Origin: Octopus sinensis | Taxonomy: Eukaryota | NCBI RefSeq assembly: GCF_006345805.1 | Contig: NC_043008.1 | Span: forward strand, 78,926,001-78,990,000 | Length of the DNA stretch: 64,000 nucleotides | Direction of reading: 5' to 3' | In this document: one piece after another, positions 1-11,891 of the stretch | Layout of the letters: every line of letters starts with the position of its first letter | Position numbering within the stretch: position 1 is the first letter of the stretch | The notes under the pieces: generated by a model | What the model saw: the letters and a program-made list of their open reading frames with translations, nothing else | Told to the model about the DNA's origin: nothing | The model's database searches: none | Position numbers and translations under genes: made by a program

Positions 1-2025
1 GTGTGTGGAGACAGTCGATCAAGGCAGCGACGATTGTAGACTTGAAATCGGCATACTCGCAGTTCCATGTGTGTGACAAACTGTGGCGATATCAGCAGGT
101 GTGGTACAAGGGCCGGATGTACTGTTTAACAGGCTGGTTTTCGGACTGAATTCCACTCCAAAGATCATGGCGGCAGTGCTTAAGTCCATCCTAAGGAAAG
201 AGGACAAGATAAGAAAGGCCACCAGTTCCTACATAGATGACATTTTCGTGGATGAAACTGTAGTGCCAGCCAACAAGGTAGTGAGACATCTGGAGAAGTT
301 CGGGCTGATTGCGAAGTCACCAGATTCAATAGAAGGGGGAGCTGCAATGGGGCTGAAGCTGCGAAGAGATAGATCAGGTGAGTTGGTGTTCAGGAGAGGG
401 AATGAAATCCCAGAGCTGAGTTCCAGCATCAGCAGGAGAGAGCTGTTCTCGGTGTGAGGGAAGTTGGTCAGTCACTACCTGATCGCTGGATGGCTATGCA
501 CAGCGTGCAATTACACCAAGAGATGAGCGGTGGGGGAGAGTTAGGGCAACAAGGTGGCAGAAGGGACAGTGGCGATGATGCAGGAAATCTTAGAGAGGAC
601 GAGAGCGGAAGACCCGGTCAGGGGGAACAGATATGTGCCCAAGACAGAATGCGGGACTGTCTGGTGTGATGCTAGCAGTATAGCGATAGAGGTTGTGTTG
701 GAGATCGAAGGCACCGAGGTGGAGGACGCAGCCTGGTTTCGGAAAGCAGATGACTTTAACCACATCAATGTCACCGAATTAGACATGGTGCTGAAGGGGG
801 TGAACTTGGCCCTGAAATGGGGGCTGCGCTCAATCAAAATCTGAATGGATTCAGCCACTGTGCTTGGCTGGGTAGGATCGGTGATCACCGGTGAAAGGAG
901 AGTTCGAACGAAAGGTGCCCCGGAGATGTCTAGGAGTTCTAGGAGAATTGATTGCCAAGTTTTGACTGAAGCTGAACGTGGTTTTCATGCCTTCGGAGAA
1001 AAACAGGGCAGACGCACTGACCAGGGTGAAAAGGGTGTGGTTGGAAGAGCTAGAGGAGGCAAAGAAAGGGATAGCTATGGTGTGTTAGTTGGATGACTCC
1101 AAACTAAGAGACTGCATGCTATGCATCACTTGGGTGTGGACAGGACTCTGTATCTCGTGAAGATGATTGATGCTGATGTCACTCGGAGAAGCATCCGGAA
1201 AGTGGTCGGGAGCTGTGACAGGTGCAAGTCCATTGACCCTGCTCCATGTCGGCATGAGCAAGGAAACCTTTTGGTGGAGCACAACTGGAAGAGACTAGCT
1301 GTGGATGTGACGCATTACCGTCAGGGAATGTATCTCTCCATGGTCGACTGTGGGCCAGCTGGCCATTTGGAGGGAGCTGAGGACGGGCATTGCTGACAAG
1401 ATTGAGCGGATTTTGAACAGGATATTTTTAGAGAGGGGTCCCGTGGAAGAACTGCTAATGGATAAAGGGGTGGCATTTCGTTCAGAAGCGTTGAGGGATA
1501 TGCTCGACCGGTGGAAAGTGCATCGCTTATTCAGAGCAGCATATAGGCTGAGTGGTAATGGAATCATAGAGAGGCACCATTGGATAGTCAAGGCCATAGC
1601 AGAAAGAGGGCACATTTTTCCACTGGAGGCAGTTTTCTGGTACAACATGTCTCCCCGATCCAGACAAGCCGAAGAATCTGTGCCACACAGAGCGCTATTT
1701 AAATATGAATGGAGGCATCTGAGTAAAGCACCGGAGTGTCACAAGGAAAAGAAGGGACCCACCTGCGTGAAAATAGGGGAGGAAGCCTGAGTTAAGCCAC
1801 TGAAGGCACGCTGTACATCTCAATGGAGCAGAGGAATGGTGACAGTGGTCAATTCCAGAAACAATGTCTCTGTGGATGGAATGCTGTGACACATCTTGGA
1901 CCTTCGCAGGATTGTCGTTTCATCAGATGATGATTGTGGAGAGGAGGAGAACAAGGTGCCTAGCCTGAGAAGATCTCAACATGCAAAGTGCCCTCCCAGT
2001 TGGATGGTGGACTTCGACGTGGAGT
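1..2025 (+). mobile_element. pol: Degenerate Ty3/Gypsy LTR retrotransposon pol region (RT, RNase H, integrase), cut by the window start
   Basis: Broken frames in Gypsy order: 83..457 RT with YIDD; 554..844 RNase H (DASS...HINVTELD); 1121..1396 integrase HHCC (HHLG...CDRC); 1350..1790 integrase core (DKGVAF, GNGIIERHH). Multiple stops and frameshifts. Confidence 0.85.
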
Positions 2026-2269
2026 AGAGATAATGCGATCTTTAAGATCAGGCTGGCATGTGGGATGACATTAGCAGCTGGGGAGCTGACCGGAAGAGGA
2101 AGGGCACAGGAGTGATGCGCGTGCAGGCAGGGGACAATTGGGGTAGCTGACAGTGCTGGACATGTGAATGCTTCAGCAAGGTGAGGGAAAAGCAGCTGCT
2201 ATTTTTAGCATTCAAGTCGGGCCATGTGGAAGGGTGCATTACCGATGGAGAAGTCTGCGTCGACGAAGA

Positions 2270-3600
2270 GAAGGTAGGTGTCTTACTTCAAATCTCCCGC
2301 ATACATCACATGAATGACAGTCATGCTGCTCTTTCCTTGTCGTTCATCTTTCCAACAAATTCCATATCATGTACACAGACATGAATCTGAGGTCCGTCAG
2401 ACACATATGCTTTGATCTTCTCAAATGGCAAACCAGGGAATGCAGAGACTATATGTTGAAGACATTCACCATCTGTATTCAATGACTTAGTGAACTGTTT
2501 CATGATGACCAGCTTTATATGGAGTGGTGGGAAAATAATCTTTTCTCGCCTGCCAATTGAATCATTCACAATATTTAGCATGCCTATTTCCAGAGTTTCA
2601 CAAATGGGCCACTTCTTCTGAATCCAGTGTTTCTCTTGAGCTCAGATGTCCCACATGCAGAGATAGCAAGGAAACTTTGTGAAACCTTTCTGTTAGCTGA
2701 GGAAAAAAATTGACCATTTTCAAATCTATGCAAATGGTTCAGTTGTGCTCATGATATATTAGTTGGTCAATAACCTCTTTTTATGTCATTGTATTCTTCT
2801 TCAAAACACACTGAGTGACCAACTGAGACAGCTCCATAAACATTGCTATTGTGTAGGAGAACACACATAAGGCTGTGCTTAGAACTATCTAGAAATAGTT
2901 GCCAGTGAGCAGAACTTGATCTTCATACTCTCATTCACTCGCTTCATCTTTGGAAAAGATAAAACCAAGGAAAACTGGAACTGGAAGTGTCTCAGAGTGC
3001 ATAATAGGTCTAATCGCTAAAGGAATATTGGGATAAAGATATTTTACACCTATTTTTCTTGCTGATGCCTTTTGTGTTGACAATACAAAAATAACATTCA
3101 CTTATGTTGTACCTTGGCTCTTGCCAAACCATAGGAACTCCAAACAGCAGGACCTTCATTTTTCTTTTATTTCCTCACAGTTATGACACAAAACACGAGG
3201 GGACCCATTTTTGGTCTTGGTCACCTAGGGGAAGTCCAAAATAAGTTTCATAAGCCCATCCCACAAACAATGTGATAGTGTTCTTTTGACAAATAAGTGT
3301 GAAGGAGCCACAGACATAGCAAAAGTCATCAGGACTATTCATACATCTATGTCTACTTGAAGAAATCATGATCTGATCTGAAAAAACACAATGGTCAATT
3401 CATTGAGAGTAGGATATACATATCTCAATATATCACCTTTAACTATAAATGTATAAAAAGTTAATCTTCAAATTGCAAAAAGCAAGAGCATGGAGAGCAA
3501 AACCAATTACAGATTTGAAATTAGCACAAAAAAGTCAGTTAGAATCAGTAAAAGCTCTCGTGCAACAGAAAATTAAAAAGAAATTGTTGTCCATTGTTAT
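2270..3600 (-). mobile_element. Internally deleted Chapaev3/CMC-like DNA transposon remnant
   Basis: N-terminal fragment 3181..3369 CMNSPDDFCYVCG...YFGLPLGDQDQKWVP and C-terminal fragment 2321..2581 PPLHIKLVIMKQFTKSL...FPGL...DGPQI match my recall of Chapaev3-type transposases; terminal-like sequence gttgtccattg near 3590. Family name is from memory. Confidence 0.65.
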
Positions 3601-4010
3601 AACTGGCTGATTAATTAGTATACTCTTGCTCACACATATAATGCATGTGCATGTGTGTGCATGTGCATGTGTGTGTATGTGTCTGTGTTTTGTGTGTGTG
3701 TGTGTGTGTGGAGGTACTTGGCTTAGTGGAGGAGGAGTCTGAACATTGATGGACTTTTAACCTCATGCTAAATTCATAATTTAAATCCGTACATATTTGT
3801 ATATGGCTTGTACAACCCAAATAAGTCATTTGTCAACACCTAGTTTCCTTAGTGAACACCAAATTACTGAATGAGGTACCCTCTAAAGTTTCTTGTCCAA
3901 ATGAACTAAAGCTAGGCTAAGCAGTTTACAGTAATCCCTTGCCATATTGCGGTTTATTATTTAAGCTTATGTTGATTCTTTTGTGGTGTTGTTTTGCATT
4001 TATAATAAAA

Positions 4011-4855
4011 CTGGCAGAATTGCCCGGCGTTGCTCGGGGCTGAATTGCTTGAAAGTACTGTTAATGATTGCACTGAATTATGATGATTATTCAGGCAAAT
4101 ATTGATATAAGTTTACGGTGGGAGATAAGGACTTAATGATCAAACGTGTGCCATTGCATTGTTTTGGGGGAACCAAATTTCTGATGAGCATTATAGGGGC
4201 ACCAACTTTAAGTTTGAGAAAGTGTGGTGGTAGTCCGGGGTGCTCAAAGGAATTGAGTACCTCTATTGGATAGTTGATGACGTCCTCTGGGTCAGGAGTT
4301 GTATCGATAGACTGATATACATAGACTTCCCCAGGAATGAGTTTTAGCATTTCATCATTAATATGGTGAACAGTTTCATTCCTCGGGGCCAGTATAGCCT
4401 TTTTGCCAATCCAATCCATATTCTGATAATTACCTTGTAGATCTGGGAACACTGCATCTCTGAGATCAGAAGGCGTCTTAACAATGGTACAAATGGAATC
4501 GATGGCAATATTACCATTTTCATCCCCTGGTATTTTGCCTTCGCCAAGTGCAAGGAGGGTGTGAGGAAATGCTGCTGATGTGTTATTACGTCGCATATGA
4601 GCACACATATTGGTGTGAAGTTTGAGAGTTACTTCCCTTTATTAAAAACAATTTGCATTAAAATGGAAAAAAATTATGGTAAATTATTTGTAAAATCGTA
4701 GACTCATCGTAGACGCGCGCTAATACCCAGAAGGGCTCGATATGAATCAGGACTATAAGATACCCGGTTTTTGTTAACCTGCATCGCAAAATGTGGGAGT
4801 AGTTCGGAATCTAAATCGGAGTAGACAGACACACAACCTTTCTTTTATATATAAA
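4011..4855 (-). mobile_element. Non-autonomous Helitron (long form) carrying a PIF1-like helicase fragment
   Basis: 3' hairpin ccccgagcaacgccggg followed by ctgccag (CTAG mutated to CCAG at 4011..4014); 5' tttatatataaaag; near-identical inverted copy at 47297..48139. Confidence 0.85.
4087..4608 (-). pseudogene. Helitron PIF1-family helicase internal/C-terminal fragment (173 aa)
   Basis: Motifs AILAPRN..V...N, YPIEVLNS...PGLPPHFLKLKVGAPIMLIRNL...CNGTRL; no Rep domain and no Walker A. Confidence 0.85.
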
Positions 4856-5253
4856 CTAGCAGTATCGCCTGGCGTTGCTCGGGTTTGTAAGGGAAATAAC
4901 TATATAAGCATTTTTAGAGAGTTATAGCCAAAAAATAGCAAAAAAATGCATTAAAAATTGAAAAAAAATTAAGGTAATTTTTTTTTTAAATCGTTGACAC
5001 ATCGTAGATATTTTTAGAGAGTTACTTCCCTTATATAATAACGAAAAATATGCATTAAAATGGAAAAATATGATGGTAAATTTTTTTTTAATCGTAGACT
5101 CATCGTAGACGCGCGCTAATACCCAGAAGGGCTCGATATGAATCACGACTATAAGATACCCGCTTTTGGTTAAACTACACCGCAAAATGTGGGAGTAGTT
5201 ACGAATCTAAATCGTAGGAGACAGACACACAACTTCACTCTTATATATAAAGA
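4856..5253 (-). mobile_element. Non-autonomous Helitron (short form, ~400 bp)
   Basis: 5' TC(tttatatataag), 3' hairpin cccgagcaacgccagg + ctgCTAG; shares its 5' ~200 bp with the long form and abuts it directly. Confidence 0.8.
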
Positions 5254-5365
5254 TATAAGCCACGTAGTTATATACACATACTTTGTTATATACACATTCT
5301 TAAAAGAAAATGTTATTTTGAACACAACATTTACAAAGAATAAAATATTTTTTGGTTTTTCTTAA

Positions 5366-6188
5366 CCCTTTCGTTACTATATTTCTGACCAAAATACACC
5401 CCTTATGTGTTTCAATTAATTTCTAACGTAATCATAAATTTAGTCTGGTTTCATTAAAAAACTATAACTTTTTTATTTATGAATATATTAATCTGATTTT
5501 TGGAAGATAATTTAGTGAAATGTTCTCAACCAATTCTATACTATAATTTTTGTCACAAAGTGACTCTAATTGCAGGTAGATACAGGTAAATTCAACATTA
5601 TATAAAATTATTAAAATTTTGTTCAAACATCGCTATAGAAAATGGGTTATTAGCTAATATTCAATTGGGTATACAACAAAATTTTACGTTAGAATTTGTT
5701 ATTCTGGGTAACTTTCTAATACCCATAATAATATTTATGGCAAAATAGGCCTTAATTTCATTTAAGGTTGTGGGAAATAACAAACTATCGTTTCTTTCGC
5801 TTTGTTTAGGTTGAGATCAAATACCACATGCTTTTTTTTTTCAGTCATAGAGTTATATTTATGAAGGTCTTCAGTAGAAAATCCTTCGAATTCTGACTCG
5901 CTGCTTGATATAATGAAATTCGTATCCATTTTTTGTCAGAATTACAAATTTTGAAAACACAATAGGAACAAATTTCGGAAAAAAATCTCCCATAATTCAC
6001 GGAATTAAAATTACACTTCGATTTTTGTACAAAACTGTAGTTGAACTGTTTACGAAGTATAATACGTGTTTTCACGAATGTTCTAAAGAGATTTACTCTG
6101 ATATTCTCATTTAAATATGAATAGGTAAATTCGGGCGGCTTGGTCACATTAACCAAAATTTTTTTCGGGCGGTTTGGTAACGAAAGGG
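5366..6188. mobile_element. piggyBac-type MITE with TTAA target duplication
   Basis: TTAA (5362-5365) + CCCTTTCGTTAC ... GTAACGAAAGGG + TTAA (6189-6192); 12-bp perfect TIR, no transposase. Confidence 0.85.
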
Positions 6189-6744
6189 TTAAACGGATGC
6201 ATACATTTATTAATAACTATATATAAGTGTCGTCTGTTTATACATAAACACTGTTTCATACTGCAATTATATATATCTGGTTCCATATATCTGGTTCCGT
6301 TTTCAGCAGAGAAAGACGTGATTGCCTTTGCTCTGTGAAAAAGTTTGCATAGAACGGCGAAATAACCCACTGTAGTTGCAAAACGTAAAACTCTAAGTCA
6401 TAGAGATCACTATAACACTTTGGTTAAAAATATTTTTAAAAATATATATATAAATATATACATATACACAGTAATTTTCATTTTCGCTGAAACGCACATG
6501 GTGCAAAAATAACTGAATCAAGTTATCTCCTGCAAGAAAGAAAAAAGAAGCATCTCTCCTGAAAAAAATCCCGTAAACCAAAAAAAAAAATAATAATCCA
6601 GACCACATTGTTGGATTAAGTATCAATTTCATCTATTTCATATTTTATTTATTATTCTATTTTATCTTTCACTTAGGCCCACATCTTAGTTAAAGTTGCG
6701 ATCGTCATTTTGTTTGTTTACATTTTCAATATCTGTTCTCGATA

Positions 6745-7880
6745 TAATAATTTTCCAGATACTCTATCTTCTAATTAGCCTTAAGATTAAATTAAATAAC
6801 GTTTAATATTGATACCGTCAAATTAGCCTTAGGATTAAATTAAATAACGTTTAATATTGTTTAATATTGTTAATAATTATTGTTAATTAGCCTTAAGATT
6901 AAATTAAATAACGTTTAATATTGTTAATAATTTTTCAGATACTCTATCTTCTAATTAGCCTTAAGATTAAATTAAATAACGTTTAATATTAATAACGTCT
7001 AATTAGCCTTAGGATTAAATTAAATAACGTTTAATATTGTTAATAATTATTGTTAATTAGCCTTAGGATTAAATTAAATAATGTTTAATATTGTTTAATA
7101 TTGTTAATAATTACTGTTAATTAGCCTTAAGATTAAATTAAATAACGTTTAATATTGTTTAATATTGTTAATAATTATTGTTAATTAGCCTTAGGATTAA
7201 ATTAAATAACGTTTAATATTGTTTAATATTGTTAATAATTAGTGTTAATTAGCCTTAAGATTAAATTAAATAACGTTTAATATTGTTTTAATATTGTTAA
7301 TAATTCTTCAGATACTCTATCTTCTAATTAGCCTTAAGATTAAATTAAATAACGTTTAATATTACCCACACTAATATAATATTAACATTGCTAATATATT
7401 TTCAGATACTCTATCTCCTGATTAGCCTTAAGATTAAATAACGTTTTTATCCACACTCTAATATAATATTAATATTGCTAATATATTTTCAGATACTCTA
7501 TCTTCTAATTAGCCTTAAGATTAAATTAAATAACGGTTAATATTGTTTAATATTGTATATATAATTTTTCAGATACTCTGTCTTCTAATTAGCCTTAAGA
7601 TTAAATTAAATAACGTTTAATATTACCCACACTCTAATATAATATTAATATTGCTAATATATTTTCAGATACTCTATCTCCTAATTAGCCTTAAGATTAA
7701 ACAACGTTTTTATCCACACTCTAATATAATATTAATATTGCTAATACATTTTCAGATACTCTATCCCCTAATTAGCCTTAAGATTAAATAACGTTTTTAC
7801 CCAAATAACGTTTTTACACAAACTTTAATATTGTTAATATTTCTTTTTCAAGTACTCTATCTTCTAATTAGCCTTAATAT
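6745..7880 (+). repeat. AT-rich modular minisatellite immediately 5' of LINE ORF1
   Basis: Repeated modules aattagccttaagattaaattaaataacgtttaatattgt, ttttcagatactctatcttct and ccacactctaatataatattaatattgc in variable order; ends ~60 bp before the ATG at 7939. Confidence 0.9.
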
Positions 7881-7938
7881 CTTCCTGTCTTCTCTCGAAC
7901 ATAATTAGATAGATAAACGGATAGACGGATTATCCAGC

Positions 7939-8850
7939 ATGTCCAGAGCATGGAGACGTGACGAGCTGGATTTATTCGTACGAGCATGGGAGTGCGCCGG
8001 CGGAGATAGCCCTAGCGAGGTGATTGCGACTGCGCTGAAGAGCAGAGGCTACAAGAGGACAGCGGCTCAGATGGAGCGAAAGAGACAGGAATTCGTGCGC
8101 TCATATGCGCTTGTACGGTCGCACATTGGCGCACTTGATGCCATCTTTGAGAACGAGCGGGGCAAAGATGGCAAGAATGGAGACGATGAAAGAAGTCACC
8201 CCCACATGGTGGACGCCCGGGAGGAGGTTTTGAATGAGAAACCTGCCCGGGAAGTGAACCCAGGTGCAAGTTCTCCAACCGGCAGCAAGGGCCATGGAGA
8301 CGGAGAACCCGGTGAAGATGGAGAGGGAGGAAGAAGAACTAAAAGAAAGACTGGAAGAGCTAAAGGAAAAGAAAAAGCTCAAGCAGGACCAAAGAGTGAA
8401 ACAACCAGGAATAGAAGTGGAACCGCAAAGGATGGAACCAAACAGCGCACACGGGTGTGTATGTTCTACCTGAGAGGTTCCTGCTGGCATGGAAAGGAAG
8501 GTGCAGGCTGCCGCTTTGCACATCGGGGACCCTGCCACAGAGACACGAGGCAGATGGACAAACCATCAACACAAAGAAAAGGGATGGACCACGCACCACC
8601 TGCCCCAAAGCGGAGGTACGCAGATGTTGTGCGCGCCACAAACAGCCAACATGATGTTGTCGAAAGAGCAGCTGCTGAGCAACAATCTTTTTTGTGCATG
8701 GCACAAAAGATTGTACAGCAGCTGACCTGGCTTCATCAAACCCAAGCCCGCAGGTGGGACTACCCACTATATACCAGACCACCACAGCAAACAGACACAG
8801 GATGGACACCGCCGGCAACAACGTACACCTCACCTCGATACTCCTACTGA
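7939..8850 (+). CDS. LINE ORF1 protein, 303 aa: Myb/SANT-like trihelix domain + CCCH zinc finger
   Basis: Open frame. WRRDELDLFVRAW...IATALKSRGYKRTAAQMERKRQEFVRSY resembles Myb_DNA-bind_4/trihelix; C-x7-C-x8-C-x3-H at 8458..8523; KRRYADVV motif. C-terminal half conserved in the copy at 36631..37122. Confidence 0.75.
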   Translation: MSRAWRRDELDLFVRAWECAGGDSPSEVIATALKSRGYKRTAAQMERKRQEFVRSYALVRSHIGALDAIFENERGKDGKNGDDERSHPHMVDAREEVLNEKPAREVNPGASSPTGSKGHGDGEPGEDGEGGRRTKRKTGRAKGKEKAQAGPKSETTRNRSGTAKDGTKQRTRVCMFYLRGSCWHGKEGAGCRFAHRGPCHRDTRQMDKPSTQRKGMDHAPPAPKRRYADVVRATNSQHDVVERAAAEQQSFLCMAQKIVQQLTWLHQTQARRWDYPLYTRPPQQTDTGWTPPATTYTSPRYSY

Positions 8851-11776
8851 ACATCAGAGGACTGCAAACACTCAGTAACAGGACAAAGATCCCGTTCCTG
8901 AGAGACTTTGTTGCATGCAATCAAGCCTTATGCATAGCACTTACAGAAACGCACCTGAAACCGGACATAGCAGATGCGGAGTTACACATACCACAGTATG
9001 CTGTACTACGGACCGACAGGAAAGAAAGGAGTCATGGAGGTGTTGCTATGTACATCCGTGAGGACCTCACACCCCAGGTCCTCTTGTCATACTCAAACTC
9101 GGTGTGTGACACACTAATTGTACATATTAGGCAACTTGATGTAGTTGTGTGTGCTACATATCGCCCTCCAGATGCCCCAAGCCATGTGGGCAAGTTTGAA
9201 GACTGCCTTATAAAAATAGAAGAAGTTCTAACCACATTAGAACAACACATAGGTGTGCTTCTTATGGGAGACTTCAATCTGCCCAATGTCAGATGGCCCG
9301 AGGGCCTTTCTCTCCCAGGAATGACAAGATGTGAACGAGGACAGGCGAGGTCCCTCCTGAACCTCATCAACACCCTGTACATGGAGCAGGTAATACTCCA
9401 ACCAACCAGGGCAGGTAACACACTGGATCTCTGCTTCACAAATGACATGGATCTCATCCATAATGTGAAAGTGACACCGACACTACTCTCGGATCACAAC
9501 ATGATAGAGCTGACCATGTACGGGCCAAAAGAGAGCACGGACATGCAGCCTACAAGAAACCCTCAAAATCTTTCCAGCTTGAACTACCATAAGGCAAACT
9601 GGAAACAAATTGAGAAAGAGATCCTCAAACAAAACTGGCCTAAATGTCTCTCCTCGCCAGACATCGACGTGAAACTTCAACAATTCATGTCTGTAATGCA
9701 AGCCATATGCTACAAATGTGTCCCAGAGAGAAAGGCCACTGTACACAAGAACAAAATCCCCAGAGAGAGGAAAATCTTAATGAGACGGCGTACGAAATTT
9801 TCAAATCGCCTAAACAAACAGATTGAAAGCAGTGAAAAGTCCCGCCTAAAAAGAAAACTGTTGGAAGTCGAAAAATGTCTGCAACTCTCCCATGAAAAAG
9901 AAAGAGCAGACAAAGAAGCCTGGGCTATAGAAAACATAAAATCTAACCCCAGAGCTTTCTACAGGTATGCCAAAGAAACAGCTACAGTGCATTGTAGAAT
10001 AGGGCCACTCCTCGAAAAGGATGGCACACTTACAGGAAAACCAATGAGGGTAAGTGAAATACTGAATGAGCAATTCAAGAGTGTTTTCACTCCACTCCTT
10101 GGGCATCTCCAAATCACCAATCCAACTGACTTTTTACCACTGCAGATATAAAATCAGAGGCGGCGACGATAGATTACATCGATATAAAGGAAGACGATGT
10201 AACCAAGGCTATAGATGAAATGAAAACAGACTCAGCTACTGGCCCCGATGGATTCCCGGCAATCCTCCTAAAAGCATGTAAGAGAGTCCTAGCAAGACCA
10301 CTGCAGTTCCTCTTTCAGAGCTTCCTTGCAGCTGGCAAACTTCCAGGAAAACTGAAGGAAGGTAAAATATGCCCCATTCATAAAGGAGGTAGCAGAGCGG
10401 AAGCCAAGAACTATAGACCTATCTCTCTGACTTCACACATCAGCAAGGTCATGGAACGAATAGTCAGAAGGAAGCTGATCACCTTCCTTGAAGAGAATGA
10501 CTTGCTGCCCGACACCCAACATGGTTTCCGACCAGGGAGAAGCTGTTTAACTCAGCTCCTACAACACTATGACTGGGTGCTGAAACGGCTGCTCAACCAC
10601 TCAAATGTGGAAGTGATATATCTCGACTTTGCAAAGGCCTTTGATAAAGTCGATCATGGAATGATATGTCACAAACTGCGTGATCTCAACATAGTTGGAA
10701 AACTGGGAGAATGGCTTCATGACTTTCTGAAGGATAGAAGTCAGGTGGTAGTAGCCAATGGGGCCACCTCCATTAACACACAAATAGTGAGCGGTGTTCC
10801 GCAGGGCACTGTTCTGGGACCACTATTGTTCATAATGGCCCTCTCAGACATGCCCTCAGCCACGCAGAGAGCCACGATCACAAGTTATGCAGATGATACA
10901 AAAGTTTCACAGGCAATACAGAACCCTGAGGACACTAAACACCTGCAATGTGAGCTGGACGAAATATACAAGTGGGCTGAAAAGAATAGCATGCAGTTCA
11001 ATGCTGGAAAGTTTCAAGCTTTATACTATCAGCATGCAAAACTGAATGCAATACCCAATGAATACACTGGACCCGGAGGGATTGCAATCCCAGAGGCACA
11101 ATCAGTGCGTGACCTGGGTATTCACATGAGTGATGACGCGACCTTTCATGTACATGTTGCTAAACTGACAATGAAATGTAGACGGCTGGCTGGATGGATT
11201 CTTAGAACCTTTAGAACAAGAGAACAAGAAACCATGATGGTCCTCTGGAAGACACTTGTCCTAAGCCACTTTGACTATTGCTCTCAGCTATGGTCACCAG
11301 AACTTGAGGCGATCCAACGAAGCTACACAAAGAAGATAGCCTCTATGCAGAATGTAAGCTACTGGGAAAGACTCAAGAGATTAAAATTATATTCCCTGGG
11401 GCGTAGGCGGGAAAGATATGCCATAATATACATCTGGAAGATCCTGGAGGGAAGTGTCCTGAACTTTGGCATCGAGAGTTACGCAAATGCCAGAACTGGG
11501 CGCCACTGCGTGGTGCCTAGGACTCCAAACCTGCCATCAAGATGTAGGACAAGATTCTGTGATAGCCTGGGCTTCCGAGGCCCACAGCTCTTCAATATCC
11601 TCCCGAAGAACCTGAGAGACCTGCATGGGGTGGATACAGATGTCTTTAAAATGAAGCTGGATCTCTTCCTGTCAGGTGTCCCAGATGAACCAACATCACG
11701 GCAGGAGGGGCAGATGAGGGCAGCTGCATCGAACTCTCTCATGCACCAGATAGCAGTTGCTAGAAAGCCTCCATGA
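8694..11776 (+). pseudogene. LINE ORF2 (APE endonuclease + reverse transcriptase), one 1-nt frameshift near 10135
   Basis: APE motifs LNIRGL, LTETHL, YRPP, GDFN, TLDL, SDH; RT motifs QHGFRPGRSC, YLDFAKAFDKVDH, SGVPQGTVLGP, YADD. Copy 3 reads through the frameshift site (gacttcttta vs gacttttta). Confidence 0.92.
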
Positions 11777-11891
11777 AGTGAAACCAAGTAGCAACACCAA
11801 ATGGCGGTGCCCCAGCATGGCCACGGCTCATAAGCTGAAACTAGAATCAATCAATCAATCAATCAATCAATACATATATCTATATATAATA

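Larger units (their letters stand above)
6700..11871 (+). mobile_element. Near full-length CR1/L2-group LINE (copy 1); 5' boundary approximate
   Basis: ORF1 + APE/RT ORF2 + ~70-bp 3' UTR + (ATCA)n tail at 11846..11871; same family as 36556..40125 and 40202..43551. Confidence 0.85.

Noticed and set aside
2059-2290. Possible 3' LTR of the first Gypsy element
   Set aside because: No clear PPT or TG...CA pair, and no second LTR in the window to compare.
6745-7880. Repeat array as CRISPR-like
   Set aside because: No unique spacers or cas genes, eukaryotic context; it is a minisatellite.
8101-11850. Antisense ORFs conserved between LINE copies (e.g. 9032..9457, 11479..11850)
   Set aside because: Explained by the copies' shared ancestry and sense-strand codon structure; no motifs.
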